This document shows positions 11,226-22,064 of a stretch of 64,000 bases of DNA, piece after piece (position 1 is the stretch's first letter; each line of letters begins with the position of its first letter). The DNA comes from an uncultured Gemmatimonadaceae bacterium (lineage in GTDB: Bacteria > Gemmatimonadota > Gemmatimonadetes > Gemmatimonadales > Gemmatimonadaceae): positions 2,784,001-2,848,000 of the forward strand of contig OY970320.1 of the NCBI GenBank assembly GCA_963716745.1, written 5' to 3'. The translations under genes and the position numbers were made by a program. The notes under the pieces were generated by a model that was not told the DNA's origin, ran no database searches, and saw nothing but the letters and a program-made list of their open reading frames with translations.

Positions 11226-12639
11226 ATGAACCGAGCACAGTTGAGGACGCGGATCCTGATCGTGGGCGTGGCGGCGATCTCGCTCGCATGCCGCGGTTCG
11301 CGCAGGCGCAGGCCGGTGGTGAACCCACGTGGCCGCAGAAGTTCGAGATCCGGCAAGGCGGGAATCGCGGATTCGCGTTCGTCGTGACGCAGCCGGGGCC
11401 GATCTCGGTGAGCGTCACGTCGCAGGGCTCGCCGATCACGGTGACGCTCTCCGGGCCGGTCGAGCAGCCGATCACGCAGACGGGGTCGGGACGATCAAGA
11501 TCGACCATTCCGAGACCGCGGCCGAGGTGCAGCGGAGCGCGATCTGGTTGGTGATCATTTCGAGCGGGAACGGCGCGCGCTTCGAAGGGGAAGATGCCGC
11601 CGGTCGTGGCGTCGGGCATGATCACGGTGACGCACCCGCACGGCGACATGCGCGTGGCGGAGGCCGAGGTGCAGCGCAAGTTGGGGGCGCATCGGCCGGT
11701 GGCGACGACCGCGGCGGTGAGTGCGCATGTCGTATCGCCCAAGCAGGCGGCGTACACGCAAGAGCTAGCGATGAACCAGGCTCATGAGAAACAGGCGCTC
11801 ATGGGTCAGATCCATCAGCATCCGCCGGTGTCGCCGATGGCGGCGAAGCCGATGGCCAAGACCACGATGGGAAAGACGAACGGCGCCGAGAGTACGAACG
11901 TCGGGCAATTCGGGGAGCAATAGTGGCAGCGGATCCACGACCAGCAGCACTCCGGCAGCGGCGCCGGTCATCACGTCGCTCAGCGTGAGTCATGGGCAGC
12001 CGGGCGATCCGATCCTGATCAATGGGTCCGGATTCGGCGCGACGCAGGGGCAGTCGAAAGTCCACCTGATCGTCGGGACCGGGGAAGGATGTGACGACAG
12101 GGCAGGTCGACTTCTGGTCAGACAATCAGATCATGACGTACGTGCCGTTCAAGGACTCGCTGCAGAAATTCAGCGGCGAAATGTATTTCCAGGGGGCGAA
12201 CGGGAAGAGCAATCTCGTGCAGTTCGAGTACGACCCTCTGATGCAGTTCGTCGTGCTGGATCTCAAGCAACAGAATTTGGTGCAGGCCGCCGGCGGTTTT
12301 GCGAGCATCAAGGGGCCCAACAGCTGCCGTTTCACCGACACGGGTCCGTGGGAGCCGGGCACATGCGTGGACCATTCGGTTTCGCCGAACACCGCGTTCA
12401 ACTGGACGAACAACGATGATGAGTTCTTCCAGAATCTGAGAATGAAGAACGGCTGGACCACCGTCGAGGTGGATTTCCGCGGTGAGCCGGGTGCCGGCGG
12501 CGGTGCATATCTCGCGGAGGAGCGGCCGGGAACGGATTCGCCGTACGCCAAGGTGCACTGGTGGTTGAATCCGTTCGGCGAGGCGTGGTACACGCTGACC
12601 ATCACGATCACGGGGCCGAGCGGACTGCCGTACCAGTAA
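11226..12639 (+). CDS. Secreted protein with IPT/TIG-like domain (tandem paralog 2), frameshifted
   Basis: EPTWPQKF...QPGPISV; PVITSLSVSHGQPGDPILINGSGFG; WSDNQI; ends YAKVHWW...GPSGLPYQ. Confidence 0.65.
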
Positions 12640-12708
12640 GGATACCGTCCGTACAACGGCGTTGGCGGCCCCGAGGCCGCGAGGAGGGGTTCGCAAAACA
12701 GGAAATTA

Positions 12709-12755
12709 TCGAGGTACCTTGATGATCAAACTACTTGATCATCAAGGTACCTCGA
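12709..12755. promoter_or_regulatory. Perfect 21-bp inverted repeat, probable MarR operator
   Basis: TCGAGGTACCTTGATGATCAA-actac-TTGATCATCAAGGTACCTCGA, ending 1 nt before the MarR ATG. Confidence 0.7.
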
Positions 12756-12756
12756 A

Positions 12757-13224
12757 ATGAAGACGTACGAAAGCCCCAACCTCATGCTCCGCATCGCGCG
12801 CGGACTCGCATGATCTCAATACAAGCCTCGGCTGGCTCGACGAGGCCGCTGCCCGCGCGCTCGAGATCGGTCGCAACGATTGCGCGCCTTGGAATTCATT
12901 GCTCGGCACCTCAACCGCTCGCCCACGGCTCTCGCGCGATATCTCCGGATCACGACCGGTGCGGTCACGACCCTGCTGGATCGCATGGAGGTGAATGGAC
13001 TGCTGATGCGATCGCCGATCCGCACGACCGCCGGCGTTGTCATCCTCGCTGACAGCTGGAGGGCGGCCAGCGAGAGCGCGAGATCTTCGAGCCCGCTTGC
13101 GCGCGACGTCGGCCAAGTGGCTCGCGCGCCGGCCGAATCGCCACCTCAAAGTCATCGACGAGTTCCTGGAACATGCGCGCTCCGCCGCCGATGCTGCGCG
13201 CGCACGCGCGCCGAGAAGCGCTGA
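12757..13224 (+). CDS. MarR family transcriptional regulator, frameshifted
   Basis: LRALEFI...SPTALARYLRITTGAVTTLLDRME..GL, then DPHDRR in a shifted frame. Confidence 0.82.
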
Positions 13225-13301
13225 CTCTGGCGTGGGCCCGCACCACGCACCACTTTCCCCGCCACGATCCCGACTCCCGCCACACGCTCTCGAGGCCCCT
13301 G

Positions 13302-16300
13302 ATGCGCCGCTCCGCCCTCGCAATCCTCGCGTTCGCTACGATCGCCCAGTCACTCGCCGCGCAGGGAACCCTGCAGGGTCTCAAGCCCGGCCGCGATCCC
13401 AATCAGCCGATCGACTCCGCCTACACCGCCAAGATCCACGAATACACCACCCAGCCGTTCTTCACGTCGCCGCTGGTCGATTACCTGCCGGCCTCGAAAT
13501 CGGTGCCCACTCCCATGGCCGTGCTCGGCGACATCGCCGGCGCCAAGGAGAACCTTCCGTACTCCACGCAAGTCTACGACTATATGCGCAAACTCGCCGC
13601 CGCGAGCCCGCGCGTGCGCGTCTGGTCCATTGGCCACACGGAAGAAGGGCGCGAGATGATCGCCGTCGGCGTCGCGTCGGAATCCCTCTGGAAGAATCTC
13701 GACGCCAACAAAGCCAACCTCGCGAAGCTCGCCGATCCGCGCACGATCGGCATGAACGACGCCGAGGCCGCGAAGCTCATCGCAAACACCACGCCGGTCT
13801 ACTACATCACCGGCACGATCCACTCGCCCGAATCGGGCGCGCCCACGGCGCTCATGGAACTTGGCGTATCGCCTTGCTGTCGATGAGAGCCCGTACGTCA
13901 AGAACATCCGCGATCATCTCATCACACTCATCACGCCGATCGTCGAAGTCGATGGCCGCGATCGCGAAGTGGATATCCAGCGCTGGCACCTCGCGCACCC
14001 CAAGGACACGCCGCTCCCGCTCATCTACTGGGGTCACTACGTCGCCCACGACAATAATCGCGACGCGATGGGCGCCACGCTCGACCTCACGCAGAACGTG
14101 CTCAACACCTACGTGAGCTGGAACGCGCAGGTGCTGCACGATCTCCACGAGAGCGTGCCTTTCCTCTATGACAACACCGTTGGCGACGGCCCGTACAACG
14201 CCTGGGTCGATCCGCTGCTCACGAACGAATGGCAGATGCTCGGCTGGAACAACGTGCAGGAAATGACGCGGTTCGGCATGCCTGGCGTGTTCGCGCATGG
14301 CGACTTCGACACGTGGTCGCCCGGCTACCTCATGTTCATCGCGGCCACGCACAACGGCATCAGCCGCCTGTACGAGACGTTCGGCAACGGCGGCACCGCC
14401 GAGACCGTCATGCGTACGCTCGATCCGAGCGAAACGGCGAAAACATGGTTCCGGCAGGATCCGCCGTTGCCGCACGTGCTCTGGTCGCTGCGCGACAACA
14501 ACAACTACGAGCAGACAGGATTGCTGGTCTCGCTCCAGTATTTCGCGAACAACCGGCAACTGTTCCTCGAGAATTTCTACACGAAGGCCAAGCGGTCCAT
14601 CACGAAGCCAGCCACCGAGGGGCCGGCGGCGTACGTGTTGCCCGCCAGCGATCCTCGGCTCGGATCGCAGGCGGATCTCCTGCGCGTGCTGCAGCGCCAG
14701 CACGTGGAGATCTCGCGGGCCACAGCGGCGTTCACCGTGCAGGTGCCGGTGAAGAGCGGCGGCAAGGGCGCGAAGGGAGCGGCCGCCGACACCGCGGCGA
14801 AATCCAAGGGCCCCGCCGTGGAATCGCGCACGTTCCCCGCGGGCAGTTACATCATTCGCATGGATCAGCCATACTCGCGCATCGCCGACGCACTGCTCGA
14901 TTATCAGTTCTGGTCGCCGAACGATCCGCAGAAGACTCCGTACGACGACACCGGCTGGACCTTCCCCGAAGGCTTCGCCGTGGAATGCGTGCGCGTGCTC
15001 GACGTGTCCGTGCTCAAAGCGCCAATGACCATGGTGACCGGCGAGATCGTGGCGCCCGGCGGCGTGAACGGATCGGGCTCGGTGTTCGCGATCGCCAATT
15101 CCGGCGACAATCAACTCGTGACGCTGCGCTACAAGTTCCGCGACGCGGACTTCAGAGTCGTGGAGGACACGTTCAGCGGAGCCGGGCGCTCATTCGCGCG
15201 CGGGTCGTACGTCGTGCGCGGCATCTCGCGCGACGATCTCGACAAGGCCGCGAAGGCGCTCGGCATCTCGATCTACGCGCTGTCGGCGGAGCCGAATGTG
15301 AAGGCGCATGCGCTCCGTGCGCCGCGCGTGGCCATCCTGCACGCCTGGCAAGGCACGCAGACTGAAGGGTGGTGGCGTCTGGCGTTCGACAAGCAGCAGG
15401 TGCCGTACGACTACATCAGCACCCAGGATGTGGCCAAGATCGCGGACCTCAATGCGAAGTACGATGTGATCGTCTTCCCGCCGGCGCGCGCGAGCGCGCA
15501 ACAGATCGTGGACGGCATGCCCATGTGGCGCAATCCGATGCCCTGGAAGAAGAGCGCCGAAACGCCGAACATTGGCGCGTGGGCGCAAACGGATGACATT
15601 CAGGCCGGGACTCGGCTATGACGGGCTGCAGCACCTGAAAGAGTTCGTCACCAAGGGCGGCTTACTCATCACGTCGGTGAACACGAGTGACTTCGTGATG
15701 CAATTCGGATTCACGAGCGGCGTGAGCAGCAGCAAGCCCGCCAAGCCGGAAGTCGTAGGCACATTCCTGCGCACGCGCGTGGTGGACGGCGCGAGTCCGA
15801 TCATGTACGGCGTGAAGGACAGCCTGGCGGCGTTCAGCGACGACGGCGAGACGTTCGGCGTGAGCAACATTCTCGGCGGCCGCGGATTCGGCCGGCGTGG
15901 CGGCGGCGACGGCGGCACGACGCGAGAGACAGGGCGCGGCACGGCGAGCGATCAGGAGAGCGTGCAGGGCCGGCCGGCGCTCACGGCGGAGTTCGAAGCG
16001 CCCGTGCGGCCGAAGATGGATCCGTGGCAAGCGGACCCGATCACCGACGAGCAGCTGCGGAATGCGCTCAACATCATTCCGCCCGACCAGCGGCCGCGCG
16101 TGGTGATGCGGTTCAGCGATCAGAGCGATCTCCTGGTGTCGGGCCTGCTCGACGGCGGTCGCGACATCGCGCAGCGTGCTGTCGTGATCGATGCACCGGT
16201 GGGGAAGGGACACGTCGTGATGTTCGCGAACGACCCGGTGTATCGTGGCGAAACGATCGGCACGTACACGCTCGTGTTCAACGCGATCATGAACTGGGAT

Positions 16301-16336
16301 AGTTTGAATGCGGGGCGGGTCGTGGATAAGAAATAG
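13302..16336 (+). CDS. Secreted M14 family zinc carboxypeptidase, two frameshifts
   Basis: GTIHSPE (HxxE), HDNNRD, LHDLHE, PYDDTGW; breaks near 13860 and 15605. Confidence 0.88.
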
Positions 16337-16354
16337 GCGAACAGCCGAGCCAGC

Positions 16355-16795
16355 GTGCCGACATTCGGAAGATGGGAATTCAAGAGCGATCCTGAGGCGA
16401 CGCGGAGGGCATACTCTCGTGCGGAGCACGGAGGTGCTGAGCGTTGTACCTGTAATGGGTGCAGAAATTTCGTCGTGGTTCGAGACCGCGTCTTTCCGGC
16501 CGAATTCCTTGCGTTCTTGGCGACCGTTGGCATCGATCCGCTCAAGGACGCGGAAGCGTATCACAACGCGCGTTTGGCTCCGGGTCGTCATGACTATGGC
16601 GGTTGGTTCCATTTCGTAGGTGAGTTGAACACCAATGGCGACTTCGGAGCAGTCGACTTTGGCGGTGGGTTCAAGGCATGGTTATGCACGCCGGGCGCGC
16701 CGAGGCTCACGAGCTTGAGCGAGCTGCCGGTGATTCAACTTGGATTCCACTCCGATGCCGTCCCGTGGGCACTCGCCGAGCCTGAGGCGGAGTGA
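16355..16795 (+). CDS. Conserved hypothetical protein with CxCxxC motif
   Basis: CTCNGCRNF, GIDPLK, YGGWFHFVG; more A/T-ending codons than neighbours (by eye). Confidence 0.7.
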   Translation: MPTFGRWEFKSDPEATRRAYSRAEHGGAERCTCNGCRNFVVVRDRVFPAEFLAFLATVGIDPLKDAEAYHNARLAPGRHDYGGWFHFVGELNTNGDFGAVDFGGGFKAWLCTPGAPRLTSLSELPVIQLGFHSDAVPWALAEPEAE

Positions 16796-17161
16796 AATTG
16801 AGATTTCGCGACTGGTTTCGACGATCGCCGACGGAGCGCATCGAACCACGCGTTGAATTCCTTGGCGAACAGGATGGAGAGAACGAACGCCTGCTCAAGG
16901 CGCATCTGGGCCCGTGTTGATGCTGTCTCGGCACATCAAGAGCGCATACCTCGCCAGAATCGGATTTGCGCCGACGGATCCGCCGTCCGTGGCGCTCTGC
17001 CTGGTGTCCGACAGCGGCGAAGATCTCGTGTTGGTAAAACGAATAGGTGAGATTTTTCGGACGCATGCACCCAAGAACGTGTTTCTAGAATCGTCTTTCG
17101 CGCTCCCTCGGAGGAAGAGGACGTGTCGCGCGTATGCCGGCCGTTCTATCGCAATGTCTGA
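16792..17161 (+). CDS. SseB C-terminal-domain-like protein, frameshifted
   Basis: Joined frames: VEFLGEQDGENERLLK, SAYLARI...VALCL, IGEIFR, VCRPFYRNV-stop. Confidence 0.6.
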
Positions 17162-17740
17162 AGCCGATTCCTGCGTCACCATCCACATGGTCGCGAGCCT
17201 CGACGGGTTCATCGCGCGCAAGGATGGCAGCGTCGACTGGCTCGAGACGTCGGATGAATTCGCGGACGGCGAGACGATGCCGCCGGGATTCATCGAGGAA
17301 TTCCTGAAGACGATCGACTGCTACGTCATGGGATCGCGAACGTACGAACTCGCGCTGGCGTTCGAGGCGCAAGGGTTCGGCTGGACGTACGGCGACAAAC
17401 CCACCTTCGTCCTCACGACGCGCGAACTGCCGCGCACGCGCGACACGGTCGAGTTCTATTCGGGCAATCTCGCGCAGTTCGTGAACGGGCGCCTGCGCCC
17501 CAAATTCCGCAGCATCTGGTTCGTCGGCGGTGGCGAACTCTCCGGCGAATGCCTCCGACTCGGCCTCGCCGAACGAAGTGCGCTATTCGATCGTGCCCGG
17601 TCTTGATCGGCGAGGGGATCCCGTTCTTCCAGCAGCTCGACAAGGACGTCACTCTCCACCTCATGGAGGTCAAAGCGTACAAGAACGCCATGGTCGAGCT
17701 GCGTTACGGGGTCAAAGGTCCGGGTGCTACTTCGAAGTGA
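17154..17740 (+). CDS. Dihydrofolate reductase/RibD C-terminal family protein, frameshifted
   Basis: HMVASLDGFIARKDG, VMGSRTYE, IWFVGGG, PVLIGEGIPFF. Confidence 0.88.
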
Positions 17741-17793
17741 GATGCGCTAGAATCAGGTTCCATTTTCGGGCCCCTCGCAGCAGGGAGATCACC

Positions 17794-18868
17794 ATGCTCG
17801 CTGAGTCTCGCCGGTCGCATTTGCTCTCCCTGGCCGCCGTGGCATTGCGCGATCTCCGCCATGGCCCAGGCCGACACCGCCAAGTCCGCGCCCAAGAAGA
17901 GCTCGCCCTGGCTCCTCGCGCCCGTCTTCAACGTCAATCCCAAGCTCGGCACCGCGGTCGGCGCGATCGGCGGCTACATCCACTACTTCGACGAGAAGTC
18001 GCGCCCCTCGATGTTCTTCCTCACCGCGCAATACACGAGCACCAACTCGGCGATCGCCGGCGCGTTCGCGCGCACGTCCTGGTCGGAGGATCACAACCGC
18101 ATCATCGCCGGCCTCCTCTACGGCAACATCAAGAACGACTACGACGACTACCTCGGCACCGGCGTGCCGCTCAAGAACACCGCCGAACTCTTCTCGTTGA
18201 TCGCGCGCTACACGCGCCGCGTGACGGGCGATTGGTTCGTGGGAGCGCAGGGGATCAAGCAGAACTTCGAGATCGCCGGCGAATCGGAGTTCGACGATCA
18301 GGTACTCGACCTGTTGGGGCTGGAATCGTACAAGTCGGCCGGTCTCGGGCTCGTGGTGCAGTACGACTCGCGCGACAACGAGTCGATGCCGTTGACTGGC
18401 TGGTTCCTGAATCTCAACAATCTGGCCTTTCGCGAGAATCTGGGCGGTGAGAATAATTATGACGTGTACCGCGCGGAGCTTCGCTACTACATCCCGCACG
18501 GCGACAGCAGCACGCTCGCGCTGCGCATGCTCAACCACCTGACCAATGGCGCGCCAGCCGCTGCGCAGGCGCCGGTGCAGCTGCGCGGTTACAAGATCGG
18601 AGAGTACACCGGGGAGTTCATGACCTCGGTGGAGGCCGAGGAGCGTTGGCGCTTCGCGAAGAAATTCACGGCCACCCTATTCGCCGGACTGGCGTGCCTC
18701 TACGGCGACGGGAAGGACTGCGGTGACGACGCGAATCTCTACCCGAACGGCGGCGTCGGCATCCAGTACATCCTGAAGCCGAAAGAGGGCATCGTCATGA
18801 ACCTCGAGTATGCCGCCGGCAAGGCGAGCAACCAGGGCATCTACCTCAAGATGGGGTACGCGTACTAG
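17794..18868 (+). CDS. Omp85/BamA-TamA-like outer membrane barrel (no POTRA domains evident)
   Basis: PKLGT, YDSRDN...P..G, QLRGY, C-terminal YLKMGYAY; signal peptide out of frame by an indel. Confidence 0.72.
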
Positions 18869-18869
18869 G

Positions 18870-20057
18870 TCACTGCTTGAGCGCTATCGGCACGGTCCAC
18901 ACGAACGTGTCCCAGCTCATGCGCAGTTCTCCGCTGTTCCCCGAGCCCGTGATCGCGATCGCGAAGTTCTCCTGTGGCGACGGCGCGGCGCTCACGGTCA
19001 TCGGCACCTTCACGAGGTCCTCGCCGGGATCGTAGTCGGTGCCCCATTGGCCGTGCTGACGGTTGATGATGAGCGTCACCGTGCCGTCGGCCTTTGGAAT
19101 GGTCCACAGCGTGTAGATCGCCGGAGGAACCGCGGCGCCGCCGATGACCATCGGCTTGTAGAAGCTGAGCGTGGTGGCCGCGTTCGCGCCGGTGCGCCAC
19201 ACTCTGTCGTAGAGCACGACATTGCCGAGGATCGTGCGGCCGCGGCGGCGGGGACTCCCGTACGCGACGCTCACCGGCATTCCGCCGATCGTGCCCTTCA
19301 CGACGAGATCGGGCGACGCGGCGCCGAGTCCCTTGCCAGCGTGGTCGGCGGCCGCGAACGATTTCGCCATCGCCGCGGCGTCGAGGTACTCGCCGCGCTG
19401 CGTCTCCGTTTTCTCGGTGGTGCCGCGCGCATCGGCGGCAGTGATGTTGCCGCTCGCATCCACGCTGAGGTGCGTCCACAGGATATTGAAGTAGTCGACA
19501 TCGATCGTCGTGGCCGACCGCGCGAGGAATTTGCGATTGGAGATGGTGCCGCTGGCGATGTCGATCGAGGGCACTTTGAGCGTGTCGCTGCCCGCGGGCT
19601 TCTTGCGCGCGAGGGCGAGTTCGTACAAGCCGAGCGAGCTGTAAAGCCCGTACGACGCATCGAAGCCGGTCATGAGCATCGGCATGGTGCCGCTCGGCAT
19701 GCCGTGGGTGACGTTGCTCTTCCGCCCGCTCGAGTCGAAAGCGATGTGCACGGCTTCGGCGTCGAAGGTGATCACACTGTGCGCGGTCGCGATGTTCGCG
19801 TTGCCCATGGGATCCTGGTCGAACGTCGCGCGCGCGACCGAGCCATCGGGGCGCAGCTGCACCTCGTAGTGGACCAAGACCGTGCTGGGAACACGCACCA
19901 CGATGTCGCCGGTGACGCGATCGGCCGTGCGCGTGACGCTCTCAATGACCACCGTATCCTTGCCGAGCGTGGTGACGAAGGAACTCTTGTCGTCTGCGGC
20001 ACGGGACAGGATGAGCGAGCCCACGAGTGCCGCGAACGACATACAGATCCTGTACAT
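18870..20057 (-). CDS. DUF2911-domain secreted protein
   Basis: FVTTLGKDTVVIE N-domain; YGSPRRRGRTILG...VWRTGANAAT; QHGQWGTDY. Confidence 0.85.
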   Translation of the reverse strand: MYRICMSFAALVGSLILSRAADDKSSFVTTLGKDTVVIESVTRTADRVTGDIVVRVPSTVLVHYEVQLRPDGSVARATFDQDPMGNANIATAHSVITFDAEAVHIAFDSSGRKSNVTHGMPSGTMPMLMTGFDASYGLYSSLGLYELALARKKPAGSDTLKVPSIDIASGTISNRKFLARSATTIDVDYFNILWTHLSVDASGNITAADARGTTEKTETQRGEYLDAAAMAKSFAAADHAGKGLGAASPDLVVKGTIGGMPVSVAYGSPRRRGRTILGNVVLYDRVWRTGANAATTLSFYKPMVIGGAAVPPAIYTLWTIPKADGTVTLIINRQHGQWGTDYDPGEDLVKVPMTVSAAPSPQENFAIAITGSGNSGELRMSWDTFVWTVPIALKQ

Positions 20058-20121
20058 GAGCGATTCTCCCTATGCTACGGGTTATCTCGAATGTACACCG
20101 GCGCGGAGCGCTTGTTCGAGA

Positions 20122-20211
20122 CAATCATGTGAATCATGTTAATCCTGTCAAAGCTTTTCTGCTCCACTAGCTGAACGACTTTGGACAGGATTAACATGAG
20201 TGACATGATTG
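20122..20211. repeat. Dispersed palindromic repeat, copy A
   Basis: CAATCATGTGAATCATGTTAATCCTGTC ... GACAGGATTAACATGAGTGACATGATTG. Confidence 0.9.
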
Positions 20212-20654
20212 AGAATCCCGCTGAAACCCTGTATGGCACATGGAGACTTCTCAGCTTCGGGAAGCGGTTCACGGCTTCCGGGGAGAAGATCGATTCCTTC
20301 GGCAAGCGCCCGCGCGGATTCCTGAGCTATGCGCGGGACGGGCGCATGTCCGCCATCATCGCGAGTGACGGCCGCCCGCGACACGCGCCGACGGCGGAGT
20401 TGAGCTACGCGCAACGCGCGGAGCTGTTCGATACGATCTATGCGTATGGCGGCACGTTCTCGTTCAATGGAAACACCGTTACGCATCATGTCGACATTTC
20501 CTGGAACGAGAGCTGGAACGGAACCGATCAAGTCCGGCGCGTGAAGCTCGAGGGCGACAAGCTCTACATCAGCACCGAACCCGTGGCGGACGAGGGGGAC
20601 GGCAGGCAGTTCGTCTGGGAGTTGATCTGGGAGAGAGTGCCGAGCGCGGTTTGA
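20196..20654 (+). CDS. Lipocalin-like domain protein
   Basis: LYGTWRLLSF, PRGFLSYARDGRMS, AYGGTF, VTHHVDISWN..W.GTDQ.R. Confidence 0.82.
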   Translation: MSDMIENPAETLYGTWRLLSFGKRFTASGEKIDSFGKRPRGFLSYARDGRMSAIIASDGRPRHAPTAELSYAQRAELFDTIYAYGGTFSFNGNTVTHHVDISWNESWNGTDQVRRVKLEGDKLYISTEPVADEGDGRQFVWELIWERVPSAV

Positions 20655-20673
20655 TCGCCGTTCAAACCATCTC

Positions 20674-20728
20674 AATCATGTAAATCCTGTCAAATGCTTT
20701 TGACAGGATTCACATGATGACATGATTT
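20674..20728. repeat. Dispersed palindromic repeat, copy B
   Basis: AATCATGTAAATCCTGTCAAA-tgct-TTTGACAGGATTCACATGATGACATGATT. Confidence 0.9.
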
Positions 20729-20751
20729 CCACGAACTATGGAGAATCACGT

Positions 20752-21147
20752 ATGACGATCGCCAACGCCCGCTTTGCGATCACGTCGTGGGACGAGAAGC
20801 CTTATAGCGAGGGGGACGGCCTCCCGAAACTCACTCGAGCCAGCGTCGCGAAGAAGCTCACCGGCGACCTCGAGGGAGAAGGCAATGCCGAATATCTGAT
20901 GATGTATCGCGGCGACGGCACGGCGGCGTTCGTCGGATTCGAGCGCGTCGTCGGACGGCTCGGCGGCAAGACTGGGTCGTTCGTGCTGCAACGCAACGGT
21001 GTCTTCGAGAATGGCGAAGCCAAGGAATCGTATTCCGTCGTCCCGGGATCGGGCACGGGAGCGCTCGCCGGTCTGCTAGGCGAAGGCCGCACCGCCGTGG
21101 GTCACGGGATGGAATTCCCGTTCACGCTCGAGTACGAGTTCGTCTAG
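20752..21147 (+). CDS. DUF3224 family protein
   Basis: SWDEKPY, GDLEGEG..EYLM.Y, GSFVLQ, VVPGSGTG.L.GL.G. Confidence 0.85.
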   Translation: MTIANARFAITSWDEKPYSEGDGLPKLTRASVAKKLTGDLEGEGNAEYLMMYRGDGTAAFVGFERVVGRLGGKTGSFVLQRNGVFENGEAKESYSVVPGSGTGALAGLLGEGRTAVGHGMEFPFTLEYEFV

Positions 21148-21160
21148 AGGGGGCACGCCA

Positions 21161-21553
21161 ATGAAAAAGAAGACGCCCACCGGCGGCGACGCATCGGCGC
21201 TCATCGACAAGCGGATCGCGGAGCTGGATGATTGGCGGGGCGAGATGCTCGCCCGGCTCCGCGCGATCATCAAGGACGCCGATCCCCAAGTCGTGGAAGA
21301 ATGGAAATGGGCGATCCCGGCCTGGTCGCACGATGGGCTCATCTGCACGGGCGAGGTCTACAAGCAGGTCGTGAAAACGACCTTCGCCCGGGGCGCTTCG
21401 CTCAAGGACCCCGCGGGACTGTTCAATTCGAGTCTCGAAGGCAACACGCGCCGCGCGATCGATTTTCATGAAGGAGATAAAGTAAACGCCGCCGCATTGA
21501 AGGCGCTCATTCGCGCCGCAGTCGCATTCAATAAGTCGTCGGGCCGCGATTAG
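21161..21553 (+). CDS. DUF1801 (YdhG-like) protein
   Basis: LDDWRGEML, EEWKW..P.WSHDG, FNSSLEGNTRRAIDF. Confidence 0.88.
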   Translation: MKKKTPTGGDASALIDKRIAELDDWRGEMLARLRAIIKDADPQVVEEWKWAIPAWSHDGLICTGEVYKQVVKTTFARGASLKDPAGLFNSSLEGNTRRAIDFHEGDKVNAAALKALIRAAVAFNKSSGRD

Positions 21554-21614
21554 GGACTCTATCTTGTCACACATGATGAACCATATCGGTGATCCCTCGA
21601 AAGGAGCCGGAGAA

Positions 21615-22019
21615 ATGAAGCAGCACGCGACGATCGTCATCACGAATCTGCTCACCGTCGTCCTCGTCACCGTTCACCTGACGGACGATATCGTCCGTGG
21701 AGTGGCGCCGGGCGGACTCACGGATCTCGCCGCGGTGTTCGTCTTCGTCGTCTGGCTGTACGGCGCTCTCGTGCTCGGTGAACGGCGGTCGGGCTACGTC
21801 ATCATGCTCGTCGGGTCGGTCATCGGAACGGGTATCCCCATCCTCCACATGGCGGGGCGGGGGATCGCGACGGCCAGTGCGCCGATATTCGTGTGGACGG
21901 ACCTTGCGGTCTGCACATCGGGGGCGTTCGGCGTCGTGCTAGCGATCCAGCGCGCTTTGGGGCACGCGAGGGGGCAACGTTCCAGCTGGATCGCGCTGAC
22001 GAACAGTAGAAGCGTGTAG
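21615..22019 (+). CDS. Hypothetical membrane protein
   Basis: GGAG RBS; four hydrophobic helices; HLTDDIVRG; exact 3' end uncertain. Confidence 0.65.
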   Translation: MKQHATIVITNLLTVVLVTVHLTDDIVRGVAPGGLTDLAAVFVFVVWLYGALVLGERRSGYVIMLVGSVIGTGIPILHMAGRGIATASAPIFVWTDLAVCTSGAFGVVLAIQRALGHARGQRSSWIALTNSRSV

Positions 22020-22064
22020 TCGCGCCGGTTGGCCGGTCGCGCACGCTACACGTATCATCTTCTC

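Noticed and set aside
13850..13890. Programmed frameshifting or phase variation in the M14 gene and others
   Set aside because: No consistent slippery heptamers or long homopolymers; the paralog is in frame at the equivalent position (ELAYRLAV).
16914..17606. DHFR-like protein with a novel N-terminal extension
   Set aside because: The extension is the middle of the frameshifted upstream SseB-C-like gene.
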